DNA of 64,000 nucleotides from an uncultured Verrucomicrobiae bacterium (GTDB lineage Bacteria; Verrucomicrobiota; Verrucomicrobiia; Chthoniobacterales; JAFAMB01), in assembly GCA_963813025.1 (NCBI GenBank), contig CAWEXO010000003.1, positions 22,607 to 86,606 of the forward strand, in the 5' to 3' direction. Shown in pieces: positions 10,454 through 22,253 of this stretch. Under the pieces are notes generated by a model that saw only the letters and a program-made list of their open reading frames with translations, was not told the origin of the DNA and searched no databases. How positions within the stretch are numbered: position 1 is the stretch's first letter; each line of letters starts with the position of its first letter. The position numbers were made by a program, and so were the translations under genes.

Positions 10454-11861
10454 GAGATATTGTCAAAAGTTGTGTATTGGGAACGGGCGCATCCTTTGAA
10501 ATGATCGATTAAGCGGCCTGTTGGGTTTGTTCTTCGCCATCGACGAACCGGACACCAGTAACTACCTTTGGGATCAGTTCGAAGCCCTGAAGCCGGCGCC
10601 AATGCTTTTGGGCTTCCAGACCGAGTTTAAAGACCATTGTCAGTGTCGCGATTCGTGAACCGCAACCCTTTGTTCGGTGAGTTCGTAATCGGACGGTAGC
10701 AAAGGTGGATTCGATGGGGTTGGTGGTCCGTAAATGCGGCCAATGTTGGGCTGGGAAGTCGTAAAAGGTAAACAGGACTTCTTTATCTTTGTCCAAGCAT
10801 TCGCAGGCTTTTGGGAACTTGATTTGGTAACTGGAGATGAACTGATCGTAGGCCGCCAGAGCTGCTTTGCGGGTCGGCGCCAGGTACATTTCATGGATGA
10901 GTTGCTTAGCTTTACCTTGCACACTCTTGGGCATTTTATCCAGGATGTTGGCTGTCTTATGCACCCAACAACGTTGCTGGGCGATCGGGCCATATTCTTC
11001 CTGCAGAGCGATCCAGAAGCCGAGCGAACCGTCACCGATGGCCAACTTCGGCGCGGCGGACAGGCCTAGGCGTTTGAGCTGCCCAAGCAGTTCACGCCAG
11101 GATTGGGTGCTTTCGCGATAACCGTCGACAACAGCTAAGAGTTCTTTGGTGCCATCCTCGGTGGCTCCGATCAAGACCAGCACGCAGGTTCGCTCTTCGT
11201 CGAGTCGGACGTTGAAATAGACGCCGTCGGCCCACCAATAAACGTAACGCTTCTGCCTCAAGTCACGCTGAGTCCATGCCTTGTAATCGGCTTCCCAACT
11301 GCTCTTGAGTCTGACGATGTTGGTGGCTGAAAGCCCACTGGCTCCTTCGCCCAAAATCGCTGTCAACGCTTCGCTGAAATCTCCGGTTGAGATCCCTTTG
11401 AGGTAAAGGGCTGGAATCAAAGCATCGACGCTGGGAGCCCGACGCATATACTTGGGCAGAATCGCGCTGGAAAATCGACCTTGGTCGCGATGCCGGATCC
11501 GTGGCTGACGAACCCGGATCGGACCCACTCCACTGACCACCTCCCGCTCCGGCAGATGTCCATTGCGTACCACCAGCCGCTGCCCATTCTCATCCCGCTG
11601 ATCTTTGTGGAATTGGATATAGTCGATCACCTCATTCTCGATTGCCGCCTGTAACAGCTTCCTGGCCCCTTCCTGCAGTAACTGTTCCAGGAAGGGCTTC
11701 TCTTCATCTTTTGCTCGCTCATCAAGCGAGACCACTTTATTCTCTGGCATTGGTGCATCCTTTCTTTTTGGCGTCCTCGAGTGAGGCTGCCGTGTTTCTT
11801 TTTCTCACTGAAAGGATGCGCCTTTCTTTATCTCCTCATCCACAAAATTCGGTTATAGCTC
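10454..11861 (-). mobile_element. IS256-family element, apparently intact
   Basis: Imperfect TIRs GAGATATTGTCAAAAGTTGTG and (reverse complement) GAGCTATAACCGAATTTTGTG. 9-bp direct repeat CTGATCAGA at 10442-10450 and 11862-11870, with 3 extra nt on the left side. Confidence 0.92.
10509..11750 (-). CDS. IS256-family (Mutator-like) DDE transposase
   Basis: 413 aa with WADGVY, IGDGSLGF, QRCWVHK and RTTNPIES motifs. Confidence 0.95.
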   Translation of the reverse strand: MPENKVVSLDERAKDEEKPFLEQLLQEGARKLLQAAIENEVIDYIQFHKDQRDENGQRLVVRNGHLPEREVVSGVGPIRVRQPRIRHRDQGRFSSAILPKYMRRAPSVDALIPALYLKGISTGDFSEALTAILGEGASGLSATNIVRLKSSWEADYKAWTQRDLRQKRYVYWWADGVYFNVRLDEERTCVLVLIGATEDGTKELLAVVDGYRESTQSWRELLGQLKRLGLSAAPKLAIGDGSLGFWIALQEEYGPIAQQRCWVHKTANILDKMPKSVQGKAKQLIHEMYLAPTRKAALAAYDQFISSYQIKFPKACECLDKDKEVLFTFYDFPAQHWPHLRTTNPIESTFATVRLRTHRTKGCGSRIATLTMVFKLGLEAQKHWRRLQGFELIPKVVTGVRFVDGEEQTQQAA

Positions 11862-12018
11862 CTGATCAGATCGTCAAAGCCTTACAGGGAGATTACCGAG
11901 CCGAGCATCTCTTCGCCTTGCAAACGGCCCTGGAACTCTATGACACCTACCAGCTCAAGATCACCGCCTGCGAAAGCAAGATTGAGCAACAACTTGAGCA
12001 ATTCGACACTAAACTAGA

Positions 12019-13890
12019 CCTTAAGGAAGCGTGATTTAACCGCATGAGGGGACAAAAAAGCTCGAAATGCGCTTCGATGCTTGGTTTGCTGGGAAGTGCA
12101 AAGCTAACCAGACCAAGGAAGAAAGGCATTTCGAGTGAGTAGAAGTTATCCGAAGATCCTGCGTAATCGCAAGCGCCGAATCGAACGTCGTTTGGATCCT
12201 GAGCGGCGATGGAGTGAACAGCCGACACCGATGCTGAGTGCCAGCAACATCCATTTTGAGATGGCTGAACGTAACCGGGCGGTAAACTACGGCGGTATTG
12301 GCGCGATCCATCTAATGGGGCAGCGGCTAGGATTAGCCGAGGAGATCGATGGGCGGGTGCAGCTTCTCAAACGGCATTTGCCCTATCACGAAAGCGATCA
12401 TGTGTTGAACCTGGCCTACAATGCACTGTTGGATGGCCAACGGCTGGAAGATATCGAGTTGCGGCGCAACGATGAAGCTTTCCTGGAGGGTCTGGGCGCG
12501 CAACGTATCCCTGATCCGACTACCAGCGGAGATTTCACCCGGCGCTTTGACCAAGGCTCGATTCTGGATTTGCTGGAAGCCATCAACACGACTCGGCAGC
12601 GGGTGTGGAAAAAGCAGCCTCGGGCTTTTCTTGCCCAAGCCTTTCTTGATATCGATGGCACAATGGCTCCGACTTTAGGGGCGTGCAAAGGCGGAGTAGG
12701 GCTTTCCTACAAAGGCATCTGGGGTTATGCGCCCTTGATTGTCTCGTTGGCAAACACCCGAGAAGTGCTTTATCTGGTTAATCGGCCGGGCAACGTCGTC
12801 AGCCATGAAGGATGTGTGCCATGGATTGAGCGGGCCATCGAGTTGGTGCGCCCCCATGCCGGTGAGATCACGCTGCGCGGGGACAGCGATTTTACGCTCA
12901 GCGCCGAGTTAGATCGCTGGGATAGCCAAGGGATCAAATTTCTCTTTGGCATGGATGCTCATCAGAAAGTAGTGCAACTGGCCGAAGCCTTGCCGGAAGC
13001 AGGCTGGCAGCCGCTGGAACGCTTGGCTCGCTATGAAATTGCCACTGAGCCGCGACGTAAGCCCCTTCGGGTCAAGGAGGCAATTGTGCGGTTTAAGGGG
13101 TACTTGAACAAAAAGTTGGTGGGCGAAAGCGTGGCCGAGTTTAATTATCAGCCACTCAAATGCGGACGCAGCTATCGGCTGGTGGTGATGCGCAAAAACA
13201 TCAGCCTCCAGAAAGGGGAAACGGTGCTCTTGGAAGAGATTAGATACTTCTTCTATCTCACCAACCACACCAATTATCGGGCCCAAGAGATCGTGGCGCT
13301 GGCCAACCAGCGGTGTGACCAGGAGAATGTGATCGAGCAACTCAAAAATGGGGTTAACGCCATGCGCATGCCGGTAGACGATCTCCTCAGTAATTGGGCT
13401 TACATGGTCATCAGTGCCCTGGCCTGGAATCTCAAATCCTGGTATGGACTGCTTATGCCCAATCGGCAAAGGGGGCTGGAGCTAGTCCAGATGGAGTTCC
13501 GGCGCTTCCTGCATGCCATTGTGTTGTTGCCGGCACAGATCGTGCGCAGCGGTCGGAGGATCATTTATCGGATCATGGGTTACAACAGTTGGCTAAAAGA
13601 CTTCTTCGCTGCCTGGGAAAATCTTCGGCGGATGGCACCTGCCTGAAGCAGGCCTATTGACGATACTCTAGGCGGAACGCTCAAATTTCCAAGGCAGAGC
13701 TATGCCCTGGCGAGGCATGTATCGGCGCCCAAAATCGCACTAACTCCAAAAACTTTCATTGTTTTGGCCTGAGAAAAGCAAACCTGGGCCTTCGGTCGCC
13801 AGAACCAACCGGATTTGCACCATTTTCTAAGAATTTGCCTGGCCGAACGGGAAGTTCGTCGCGTCGCATTCGGAACTCGCTTATTTTGAG
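12019..13890 (+). mobile_element. IS1380-family element, apparently intact
   Basis: Ends CCTTAAGGAAGCG and (reverse complement) CTCAAAATAAGCG; 6-bp duplication ACTAGA at 12013-12018 and 13891-13896. Confidence 0.9.
12135..13646 (+). CDS. IS1380-family transposase
   Basis: 503 aa with LDIDGT, LRGDSDF and QRCDQENVIEQLK motifs. Confidence 0.93.
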   Translation: MSRSYPKILRNRKRRIERRLDPERRWSEQPTPMLSASNIHFEMAERNRAVNYGGIGAIHLMGQRLGLAEEIDGRVQLLKRHLPYHESDHVLNLAYNALLDGQRLEDIELRRNDEAFLEGLGAQRIPDPTTSGDFTRRFDQGSILDLLEAINTTRQRVWKKQPRAFLAQAFLDIDGTMAPTLGACKGGVGLSYKGIWGYAPLIVSLANTREVLYLVNRPGNVVSHEGCVPWIERAIELVRPHAGEITLRGDSDFTLSAELDRWDSQGIKFLFGMDAHQKVVQLAEALPEAGWQPLERLARYEIATEPRRKPLRVKEAIVRFKGYLNKKLVGESVAEFNYQPLKCGRSYRLVVMRKNISLQKGETVLLEEIRYFFYLTNHTNYRAQEIVALANQRCDQENVIEQLKNGVNAMRMPVDDLLSNWAYMVISALAWNLKSWYGLLMPNRQRGLELVQMEFRRFLHAIVLLPAQIVRSGRRIIYRIMGYNSWLKDFFAAWENLRRMAPA

Positions 13891-14531
13891 ACTAGATTTG
13901 GAGCAAGCCCTCGAGCAAAGCGGGGCGGCCCAAGCACGGTCGGCCCAAGTTCGCCTAGCCCTGCAGCGCCGAGCGCATCTGGCCAGCGTTTGTGGTGTCG
14001 ATCTGAGTCAGTTGCCTGGCTTGAGCACCTTGGCGGTGGAAGTCATCATTTCGGAAACGGGTTTAGACATGACCTGTTGGAAAAGCGAAAAACACTTTTG
14101 CTCCTGGCTTAAACTCTGTCCGAACAATCGCATCAGCGGCGGCAAACTGCTCAGTTCCAGCCCCAGAAAAACCAAGAATCGCGCGGCGGCCATGTTCCGG
14201 CTGGCGGCCCAAGGAGCCATGCAAAGTAAGACGGCCATCGGCGCTTTTATCCGCCGCATCAAAGCCCGATTGGGGGCACCCACCGCCATCAACGCCGGAG
14301 CTCATAAACTGGCACGCTTGTTCTATCGCATGCTCAAGTTCGGAGCTGCCTATGTCGAGCAAGGGCAACTCTACTACGAGAAAAAATACAAAGACCGCCT
14401 ACTTCACAATCTCAGCCGACGAGCCAAAGAATTCGGACTCCAACTCACGCCTCTAGACCCAGCCACGGATTTAGTTTCTTAGGAGCTGTGGGGAGACCGT
14501 CTCATGCCACTGCCTGATCGCTCTTGAGCTC

Positions 14532-15224
14532 CTAATCGGTCGGCTTACCGCGAGTGATTGCCAATCTGGCCTGGTGATCGATTCGTTCTCTGGAACAGAA
14601 GTCTTCAGGCTGTCGGATCTGAACTCCTCCTCGAGCTGCTGGTCGTCTTGGGCCAGAGGGGAGCACCTCGAGAGAGTAGTGGTTTGGGCAGCCGTACGCG
14701 GCCAAATCCGGTCGGAACCCCGGAGTCGAGTTCGGCGCCGGCAGGTCAGCCAGCAACGCTTCGTGAGCCAGATACGTCCGCTTCGAAAGGGCCTGCGCCA
14801 GCCGCAAACTGGCCGGCATCGCGGCACGCAGCTCCCCGTTGATGATTGGGCCCAACAGCGCCTCCAGCGCGGGCCCGATCCGCGCATCGTCCACCAGTTT
14901 ATTCAGCTCCGCCGAAGCCCCCGGCGTGGCGTAGGAATAAAATTCGGACTCGATGGTCTCCGGCCGGATGCGGTCGGTCAGCGGCACCCATTTGGCATAG
15001 GTTCCCAGCTTGGCGGCGTCGGTCCTCGACCCGATCACGTGGCCAGGCGCATTATTGAAGTTGTAGTAGCCCGGCGCGAGCTCGTCACAGGTCAGCAGCA
15101 CGTAGGGCCGCCCTGGCGCGTTGGCCGACTTCAGCATCGCGATCAGGTCGTGGCGACCGCCGTACAGCGCCCCGGCATCACCCGTCAACCATTGCTGGCC
15201 GCCGTTGTAGCCTAAGCTCACCAC
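14532..15224 (-). CDS. Hypothetical protein, probably a gene fragment
   Basis: GC-rich 230-aa ORF with protein-like composition; no family recognised. Confidence 0.35.
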   Translation of the reverse strand: MVSLGYNGGQQWLTGDAGALYGGRHDLIAMLKSANAPGRPYVLLTCDELAPGYYNFNNAPGHVIGSRTDAAKLGTYAKWVPLTDRIRPETIESEFYSYATPGASAELNKLVDDARIGPALEALLGPIINGELRAAMPASLRLAQALSKRTYLAHEALLADLPAPNSTPGFRPDLAAYGCPNHYSLEVLPSGPRRPAARGGVQIRQPEDFCSRERIDHQARLAITRGKPTD

Positions 15225-15559
15225 AGCCGCCCAGATCGACCTTCGTCAAAGCCAGGTTAGAGTGGGAGGTTAAATTGGGAAACAGGAACATGAGCAAAAA
15301 AAACTCTCTATCTATTTAAACGACCATCTGGCCGGATCCGTCGTCGCCCTGGAACTGGTCGATCATCTCGTCGAGACCTATAAAGGAAAGCCAATCGGGC
15401 AGTTCTTCAAAGATCTGCGCAAGGAAATCGAGGAGGATCAAGATGGGAAGCAGGTGCCGTTTCCTAAATCCGATGTGGTGCAAAGCTCAGCGATCGTTAG
15501 ACAGCTGCCGGTTTGGATTGGAGCAACGCCTGATATTCACGCTAGGCGTCCAGTAGCAC

Positions 15560-16390
15560 GTCTAGGATGTATTCCAGGGTTGCATCTAAGCGGGAGTGAG
15601 TTGTCGCTGGGTCCGCCAGCGAGTGACCTTCCGGCAGCAGGAAAACTCGCAGAAGGTTGCGCTCTGCGTTCCGGGGCCAAGTCCGCTTAGTCGCCCAGGT
15701 GTCCCGGCTGTATTACGAAGAGCGCATTTTTTGGAGACAACCTTGAGGCCGCTGGAGGTCATTGGTGTGGCCTCTTGGAGCGCCACGTTGCGGTCGATGG
15801 TCGAGCAGATGCGCCCGATTTGGAAAGTTGCCGATTGCCAGGTAGTCCAGCTTTTGGCGGAGTGGGCGATCCTTCAGTCGAACAACACCACAATTATCTG
15901 ATGACGCAATTGGCGAATTTGGTCCACGGGGAACCGCATTTTTTCCGGCACCTTGCCTGGTAGAGTCTAAAGATGCGGCCGACGTCCTCGCGCAGGACCC
16001 GCACCTTAGCAAAACGATGGCGCTGTTCGATCGGATTACCATGGCGCTAACTAGGTCGGGATTGACTCCGTCGAGCCCTCGCCGTTGTTCGTCGGCCTCG
16101 GGAGACATTTCTTGACCAAAAAACCCCAAAAAGCCCCGAAGCGAAAGGGGCGGTGGGTAACATTTGCCTTCGTTTTTACGAAAACCGACGGAGAACAGAT
16201 AGATAACTCGCTGGGCGCCCGGGTCTTCGGACTGGAATTGGCCCAATTAAAAAGTATTCCTCGAACAGTGGGAATTGCCGGCGGGAAGCGGAAACGCCAA
16301 GCCATTCTAGGGGCGTTGCGGGGGACGCTGGGTCAATGTGTTGATCACCGACGAATTTAGTGCAGAAGCACTCGTCAGGGCATGAGGGGC
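15560..16390 (+). pseudogene. Degenerate SorC/LsrR-type sugar-binding transcriptional regulator
   Basis: Fragments LETTLRPLEVIGVASWSATL and GIAGGKRKRQAILGALRG closely parallel the regulator at 18308-19314; many frameshifts. Boundaries are approximate. Confidence 0.75.
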
Positions 16391-16595
16391 TGCAGTGCGC
16401 CAAATCTTGGGTTCGTTTTAGTCAAGCTGCTGGTTCCGTCCTCGCCGGGAACTTGGGAGTTGGCTGGTTTGAGGCGGAACTAGGCGTTAGGACGAGCTTT
16501 CCGAGAGCCTACAAAAGTTCGATCACTTAAACGGTTGCCATTGACAACCAAGCGGCGTTCGTCTTTCAGTGACTTAGCGATGATATAACACAAAG

Positions 16596-16609
16596 TGCAT
16601 ATTTATTCA
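16596..16609. promoter_or_regulatory. Candidate operator TGCATATTTATTCA upstream of the kinase operon
   Basis: Quasi-palindrome; a related 14-mer lies at 20399-20412. Confidence 0.5.
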
Positions 16610-16722
16610 GAAGATTGTTATTCACCCGTATGTTTATACATCACACTTAATTTACGCGCCGAATAGAGCGATCTCTTGCCAACTGATTTGAGAGAGGCGC
16701 TTTGAAAAGGAGCCCATTCTTT

Positions 16723-18196
16723 ATGAAAGTCATTCTTGCGCTGGACGCCGGGACTACCAACGTAAAGGCGATTTTGGTTGATCGCCAGGCCAACGTGCTA
16801 GCCCGAGTTCGGTACCTCTAGCGATCGACTTTCCCAAAAGCGGCTGGGTCGAACAGTCGGCCCAAGAAGTTTGGCGCGCCGCACGACAAGCGTTGGAAGA
16901 CTGTTTGGCCCAGGGCGGCGGACATGAGGTGGTCGCGCTAGGGATTTCCAACCAGAGGGAAACCCTTGTGGCCTGGAACCGAGGGACGGGCGAGCCTGTG
17001 GCCCCGTGCATCGTCTGGCAGTGCCGTCGCAGCGCGGAAATCTGTCAGTCGCTGCGCCAAAAAGGCTTAGAGGAAACCATTCGAGCCAAGACCGGCCTGC
17101 AGGTCGATCCCCTGTTTCCCGCGAGTAAAGTTCAGTGGCTACTGGAGAATCGTTCTGACGTCCGCAAGCTTGCGGAAGCGGGCGATCTTTGCCTGGGCAC
17201 CGTGGACGCGTGGCTCGTGTGGAACCTCACCGGCGGTAAACGGTTTGTGACTGATTTCAGCAATGCTTCCCGAACGCAGCTCTTTCAATCTTGCAAAGGG
17301 CGCGTGGGATCCAGAGTTGCTTACGCTTTTTGGGGTGCCGATGTCCGCCCTCCCAGAAGTGGTTGCCTCCAACGAGGCGCTGGGCGACGCCACTTTAGGT
17401 GGGGACAAAGCGATCCCGATCTGCGGCATTTTGGGCGATTCCCACGCCGCGTTGCTCGGTCACGGCGTGCTCGCGCGGGGCAAAGTGAAGGCCACTTACG
17501 GCACCGGTTCATCGCTTATGACTCTCTGCGATAGCCCGCAGGGCGACGACAAGGGCATCTCGAGCACCATCGCTTGGAAATTTGACCGAATTCAATACGC
17601 CTACGAAGGAAATATTACCGTGACTGGCTCCGGGCTGTCTTGGGCATTGGCGCTTACTGGCTTCAAGGATTTAGAGCCGGCGGTTAAGCTTGCGACCGAA
17701 CTGGATGGCAACGGAGAGCGTCTATTTTGTGCCCGCCCTGGCCGGCTTGGGCGCGCCCCACTGGGACGAAAGGGCGCGCGGTGCGATCGTGGGTTTATCA
17801 TTTGGCGCGCGAAAGGAACACGTGGTGCGCGCCGCCCTGGAGGCGATCGCTTTTCAGGTAAAGGACGTGTTTGACGCGATGCAGCAGGCGGCTGGCGCAC
17901 GGCTGGAAGCGCTCTTGACCGATGGCGGGGCAAGCAAAAACGATTGGCTGATGCAATTCCAAGCCGACGTGATTGACCGGCCGGTCCTGCGCAGCCAAAC
18001 GGCTGAGCTCTCTGGGCTGGGGGCGGCGTTTGCCGCCGGGCTGGGTTGCGGGTTTTGGTCCTCGACCGAGGAAGTCGCAAAGGTGGTGGCCTCGCACGAC
18101 GAGTTTAATCCAAGGCTTGAGGAGAGCGATCGAAAGCGCCTCGTGCGCCGTTGGAATGGGGCGGTGGCTTCGGTTAAGTCGTACGGGTTAACCTGA
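16723..18196 (+). CDS. FGGY-family carbohydrate kinase (glycerol kinase-like), frameshifted
   Basis: ILALDAGTT, GISNQRET, IVWQCRR, TDFSNASRT, KATYGTGS, FVPALAGLGAPHWD and DGGASKN across several frames. Confidence 0.88.
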
Positions 18197-18307
18197 TGGA
18201 TGGGATGCCAACTATTCGCCAAGGCACTCCGTTTCGCCCGGCCGCTCAGGCCAAGCCCTTGCGTAACCGCGGTTGGTGACAGAAGGGATCGGAGCAACTG
18301 TGCTACC

Positions 18308-19314
18308 ATGATTAACCACGGCCCAGATCTCAGGCTCATAACCCGTGTCGCTCGACTCTACTATGAGGAAGGGCTAAACCAAATCGAGGTGGCCCGCCGA
18401 CTCGGGATCACGCAGGTGGCGGTGTCTCGCTTGCTAAAAAAAGCGCAGGAGCACGGAATCGTGCGAACAACGGTAGTCACGCCACCGGGAGCGTTTGCCG
18501 AACTGGAAGAGTTAATTGAGCGCAGGTTTGAGCTTGGCCAGGTAATTATCGGCGAAGCCACAAGCGATTCGGAGGATGCAGTTCGTGCCGCGATCGGCTC
18601 CGCCGCGGCGCAGTTTCTTGAATCCACCCTCAAAGCCGGAGAGGTAATCGGGATCTCGTCGTGGAGCGCGTCGCTCTTGTCGATGGTGGAGCACATGCAT
18701 CCCCCGAGGAAATCCGCAAACTGCCTAGTGGTGCAAATATTGGGTGGGGTGGGCAACCCGGCTGCCGAACAACACGCCAATCGCCTAGCCGTTCGTTTGG
18801 GCGGGTTGGTACACGGCGACGTGCGGTTTTTGCCGGCCCCGGGTGTGGTGGGCTCTGCCAGAGCGGCCAAGGTTCTGTGTGCAAGATCCTTACGTGCGCG
18901 AGACCGTGGCACTCTTTGAAAAAGTCACCTTGGCGCTGGTGGGCGTCGGCGCCCTTGAACCCTCGGAATTTGTCGCCAGCAGCGGGAACACCTTTTCCCA
19001 GGGTGGAACTGGAAGCGCTGCAAAAGAATGGCGCTGTCGGAGACATCTGCTTGCGCTTCTATGACACCAATGGCCATGAGGTGAGGGGCACTCTGGATGG
19101 CCGCGTAATCGGGATGGAGCTGGAAAGCTTACGCCGGGTGCAGCGGTCGGTCGCGCTCTGCGGCGGCAAAAAGAAGTTCCCGGCGATCCTTGGCGCATTG
19201 CGCGGCAAATGGGTCAATACCCTGATCACGGACCAATACACGGCGCAACGGTTGGTCAAAGCACAACCTGCCAAAACTATCGCCGGTGTATCGGCGGTAC
19301 CCAAGCCATCGTGA
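18308..19314 (+). CDS. SorC/LsrR-family sugar-binding transcriptional regulator, frameshifted
   Basis: N-terminal HTH (VARLYYEEGLNQIEVARRLG), GAVGDICLRFYD and WVNTLITD. Confidence 0.9.
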
Positions 19315-19476
19315 TAAGAAAAATGGTGGACGCCAACTGGAAAATGAACCTCACGCACGATGAGGCGAAACCTGATCTGGACAAGTTAGCCGAAGTCGGA
19401 GAGGGGGCGAGGTGCAAGATCGAGTCCCCGATTCACCGCGGCTACCCGACTAAAGCTAAATCAACACTCCCCCCCT

Positions 19477-20260
<784 letters not shown>

Positions 20261-20348
20261 GCGCATACCCTCGTTTCGCCTGGGTAACTTCCAACGAAAG
20301 CGGAGCGCACGTGTCCACAACGTTTTTTAAGTTTTTTACGCGTCCCAC

Positions 20349-20412
20349 TTGACAGGGAAACCAGATCTCACCTTAATCTGGATTATATAATAACGTAGTG
20401 AATTTTTATTCA
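20349..20412 (+). promoter_or_regulatory. Sigma70-like promoter with downstream candidate operator
   Basis: TTGACA (20349-20354), 17-nt spacer, CTTAAT; quasi-palindrome TGAATTTTTATTCA at 20399-20412. Confidence 0.5.
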
Positions 20413-20462
20413 ACGTAACTTTTGTTCAGCTTGTCGCAACTCGATCCCTCAAAAAAAATTTT

Positions 20463-21296
20463 ATGCTGACTGAACGCGAGCTTCAGCGAAAGTCGGTCCA
20501 ATACCGCAAAGCCCTGCTCCGGCTCATTAAAGCATGCGGGGCCGGCCATACCGGCGGCGATCTCTCCTGCCTCGACATCCTCAACGTGCTCTACAACCGC
20601 GTCCTGCGGGTCAGCCCGGAGACCTTTAAGAGCCCCGACCGCGACTACTACATCCAGAGCAAGGGTCACTGCGCCGAGGCGCTCTTTGTGGTGCTGGCCG
20701 ATCGCGGCTTCTTTCCCGAAAAAGACCTTGAAACCTTAAATCGCTACGGCTCGCATTACATCGGCCACCCCACGCGCGACGTCAACGGGGTCGAGCAAAA
20801 TACCGGTGCGCTCGGGCCACGGACTGGCGGTGGCCGTCGGGATTGCCTTGGCCGGGAAAATGGATCGTAAAGATTACCGGGTCTTTACACTGCTTGGGCG
20901 ACGGCGAATTGGCCGAAGGCTCCAATTGGGAGGCGGCTATGATGGCGGCCCACTATCGACTGGATAACCTCATTGCCATCGTTGACCGCAACGGGCTGCA
21001 GATTACCGGTTCGACCGAGGACGTCTGCCAACTATCGCCGCTGGATGAGAAGTTTGAAGCCTTCGGTTTTGCGGTACAGCGCTGCGACGGCAACGACGTC
21101 GGGGAGTTAGTTCGCGCGCTTTGAAGCGGTGCCCTTTCGGCCGGGCAAACCGAGTTTGGTGTTGGCCAAAACCCGCAAGGGCAAAGGCGTCAGCTTCATG
21201 GAGAACGTCGCCAAGTGGCATCACGGGGTGCCCAATGATGATGAGTTTAGCCGGGCCATGGCCGAACTGGAGGCAGCGGAAGCCGCTGTTGCATGA
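20463..21296 (+). CDS. Transketolase N-terminal (ThDP-binding) subunit, frameshifted
   Basis: GHTGGDLS, QSKGH, NTGALG, GDGELAEGSNWEA, KGKGVSFME...WHH. Confidence 0.9.
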
Positions 21297-22241
21297 TGGA
21301 ACAAGCGCAAGCAAATTTAGAGATTTTCGCGGCCGCGCTCCTGGAACTGGCGCGTCAGGATTCTGATCTTTTGGTGGTCACCAGCGATTCGCGGGGCTCG
21401 GCCAAGCTGGCCTCATTCGCTAAAGCCGCGCCGGGCCAGATCGTGGAAGTGGGCATCGCCGAACAAAACCTGGTGGGGGTGGCGGCGGGCCTCGCTGCGG
21501 CCGGCAAAAAGGTTTTTGCGGTATCCCCGGCATGCTTTCTCACGGCTCGATCCCTGGAGCAGATTAAGAATGACCTTTGCTATTCCGATCGGCCGGTTAG
21601 AGCGGTAGGCATTAGCGCGGGAGTTAGTTACGGCGCCCTGGGCACCACCCACCATTCGTTGCACGATTACGCTGCGCTGCGCGCGATCCACAACATTGTG
21701 ATTGTTGCGCCGGCCGACAATTTTGAGACCCGGGAAGCGGTTCGGGCGGCCGCTCAATTGCCGAAACCAGCTTACCTGCGCTTTGGTAAGAAACGGATGC
21801 CGCACTTGCCGCGGGTAGAGCCTGATTTTGAACTGGGCAAAGCCTCATTGATCCGGCGAAGGCACAGACTTGAGTTTTCTGGCCTGCGGCGAGACGGTGG
21901 CTCTCGCCTTTGACGCGGCGGAATTGCTGGCAAAGGAGAGTATTCAGTGCCGGGTCTTAAGCCTGCATACGATTAAGCCGCTGGACCAAGCCGCGGTGCG
22001 GCGAGCCGCGGTCGAAACAGGGGGCTTAATCACGGTGGAGGAGCACAGCGTCAACGGCGGCTTAGGCGAAGCCTGCGCCGGATTGCTGCTCCAAGAAGGC
22101 ATCATCCCTACGCGGTTCAAAATCGCAGGTTTCCCGGATGACCACACCGTAACGGGGAGCCAGGAGGAAATCTTCCGCCACTACGGCATCGATGGCCCGG
22201 GGCTCGCGGTCGCCGCTCGTAATCTTTTAGCAAAACGTTAA
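21293..22241 (+). CDS. Transketolase C-terminal subunit, frameshifted
   Basis: EVGIAEQNLVG, GTTHHS, TIKPLD, TVEEHSVNGGLG. Confidence 0.9.
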
Positions 22242-22253
22242 CTGAGAATCGAC

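Larger units (their letters stand above)
9793..14482 (+). pseudogene. IS110-family transposase split into three pieces (9793-10450, 11871-12018, 13897-14482) by IS256 and IS1380 insertions
   Basis: GIDIG, MESTGVYW, KSDVSDC (DEDD) and NRISGG motifs. Removing both insertions plus one target duplication each gives a 1392-nt in-frame ORF (463 aa). Confidence 0.93.
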
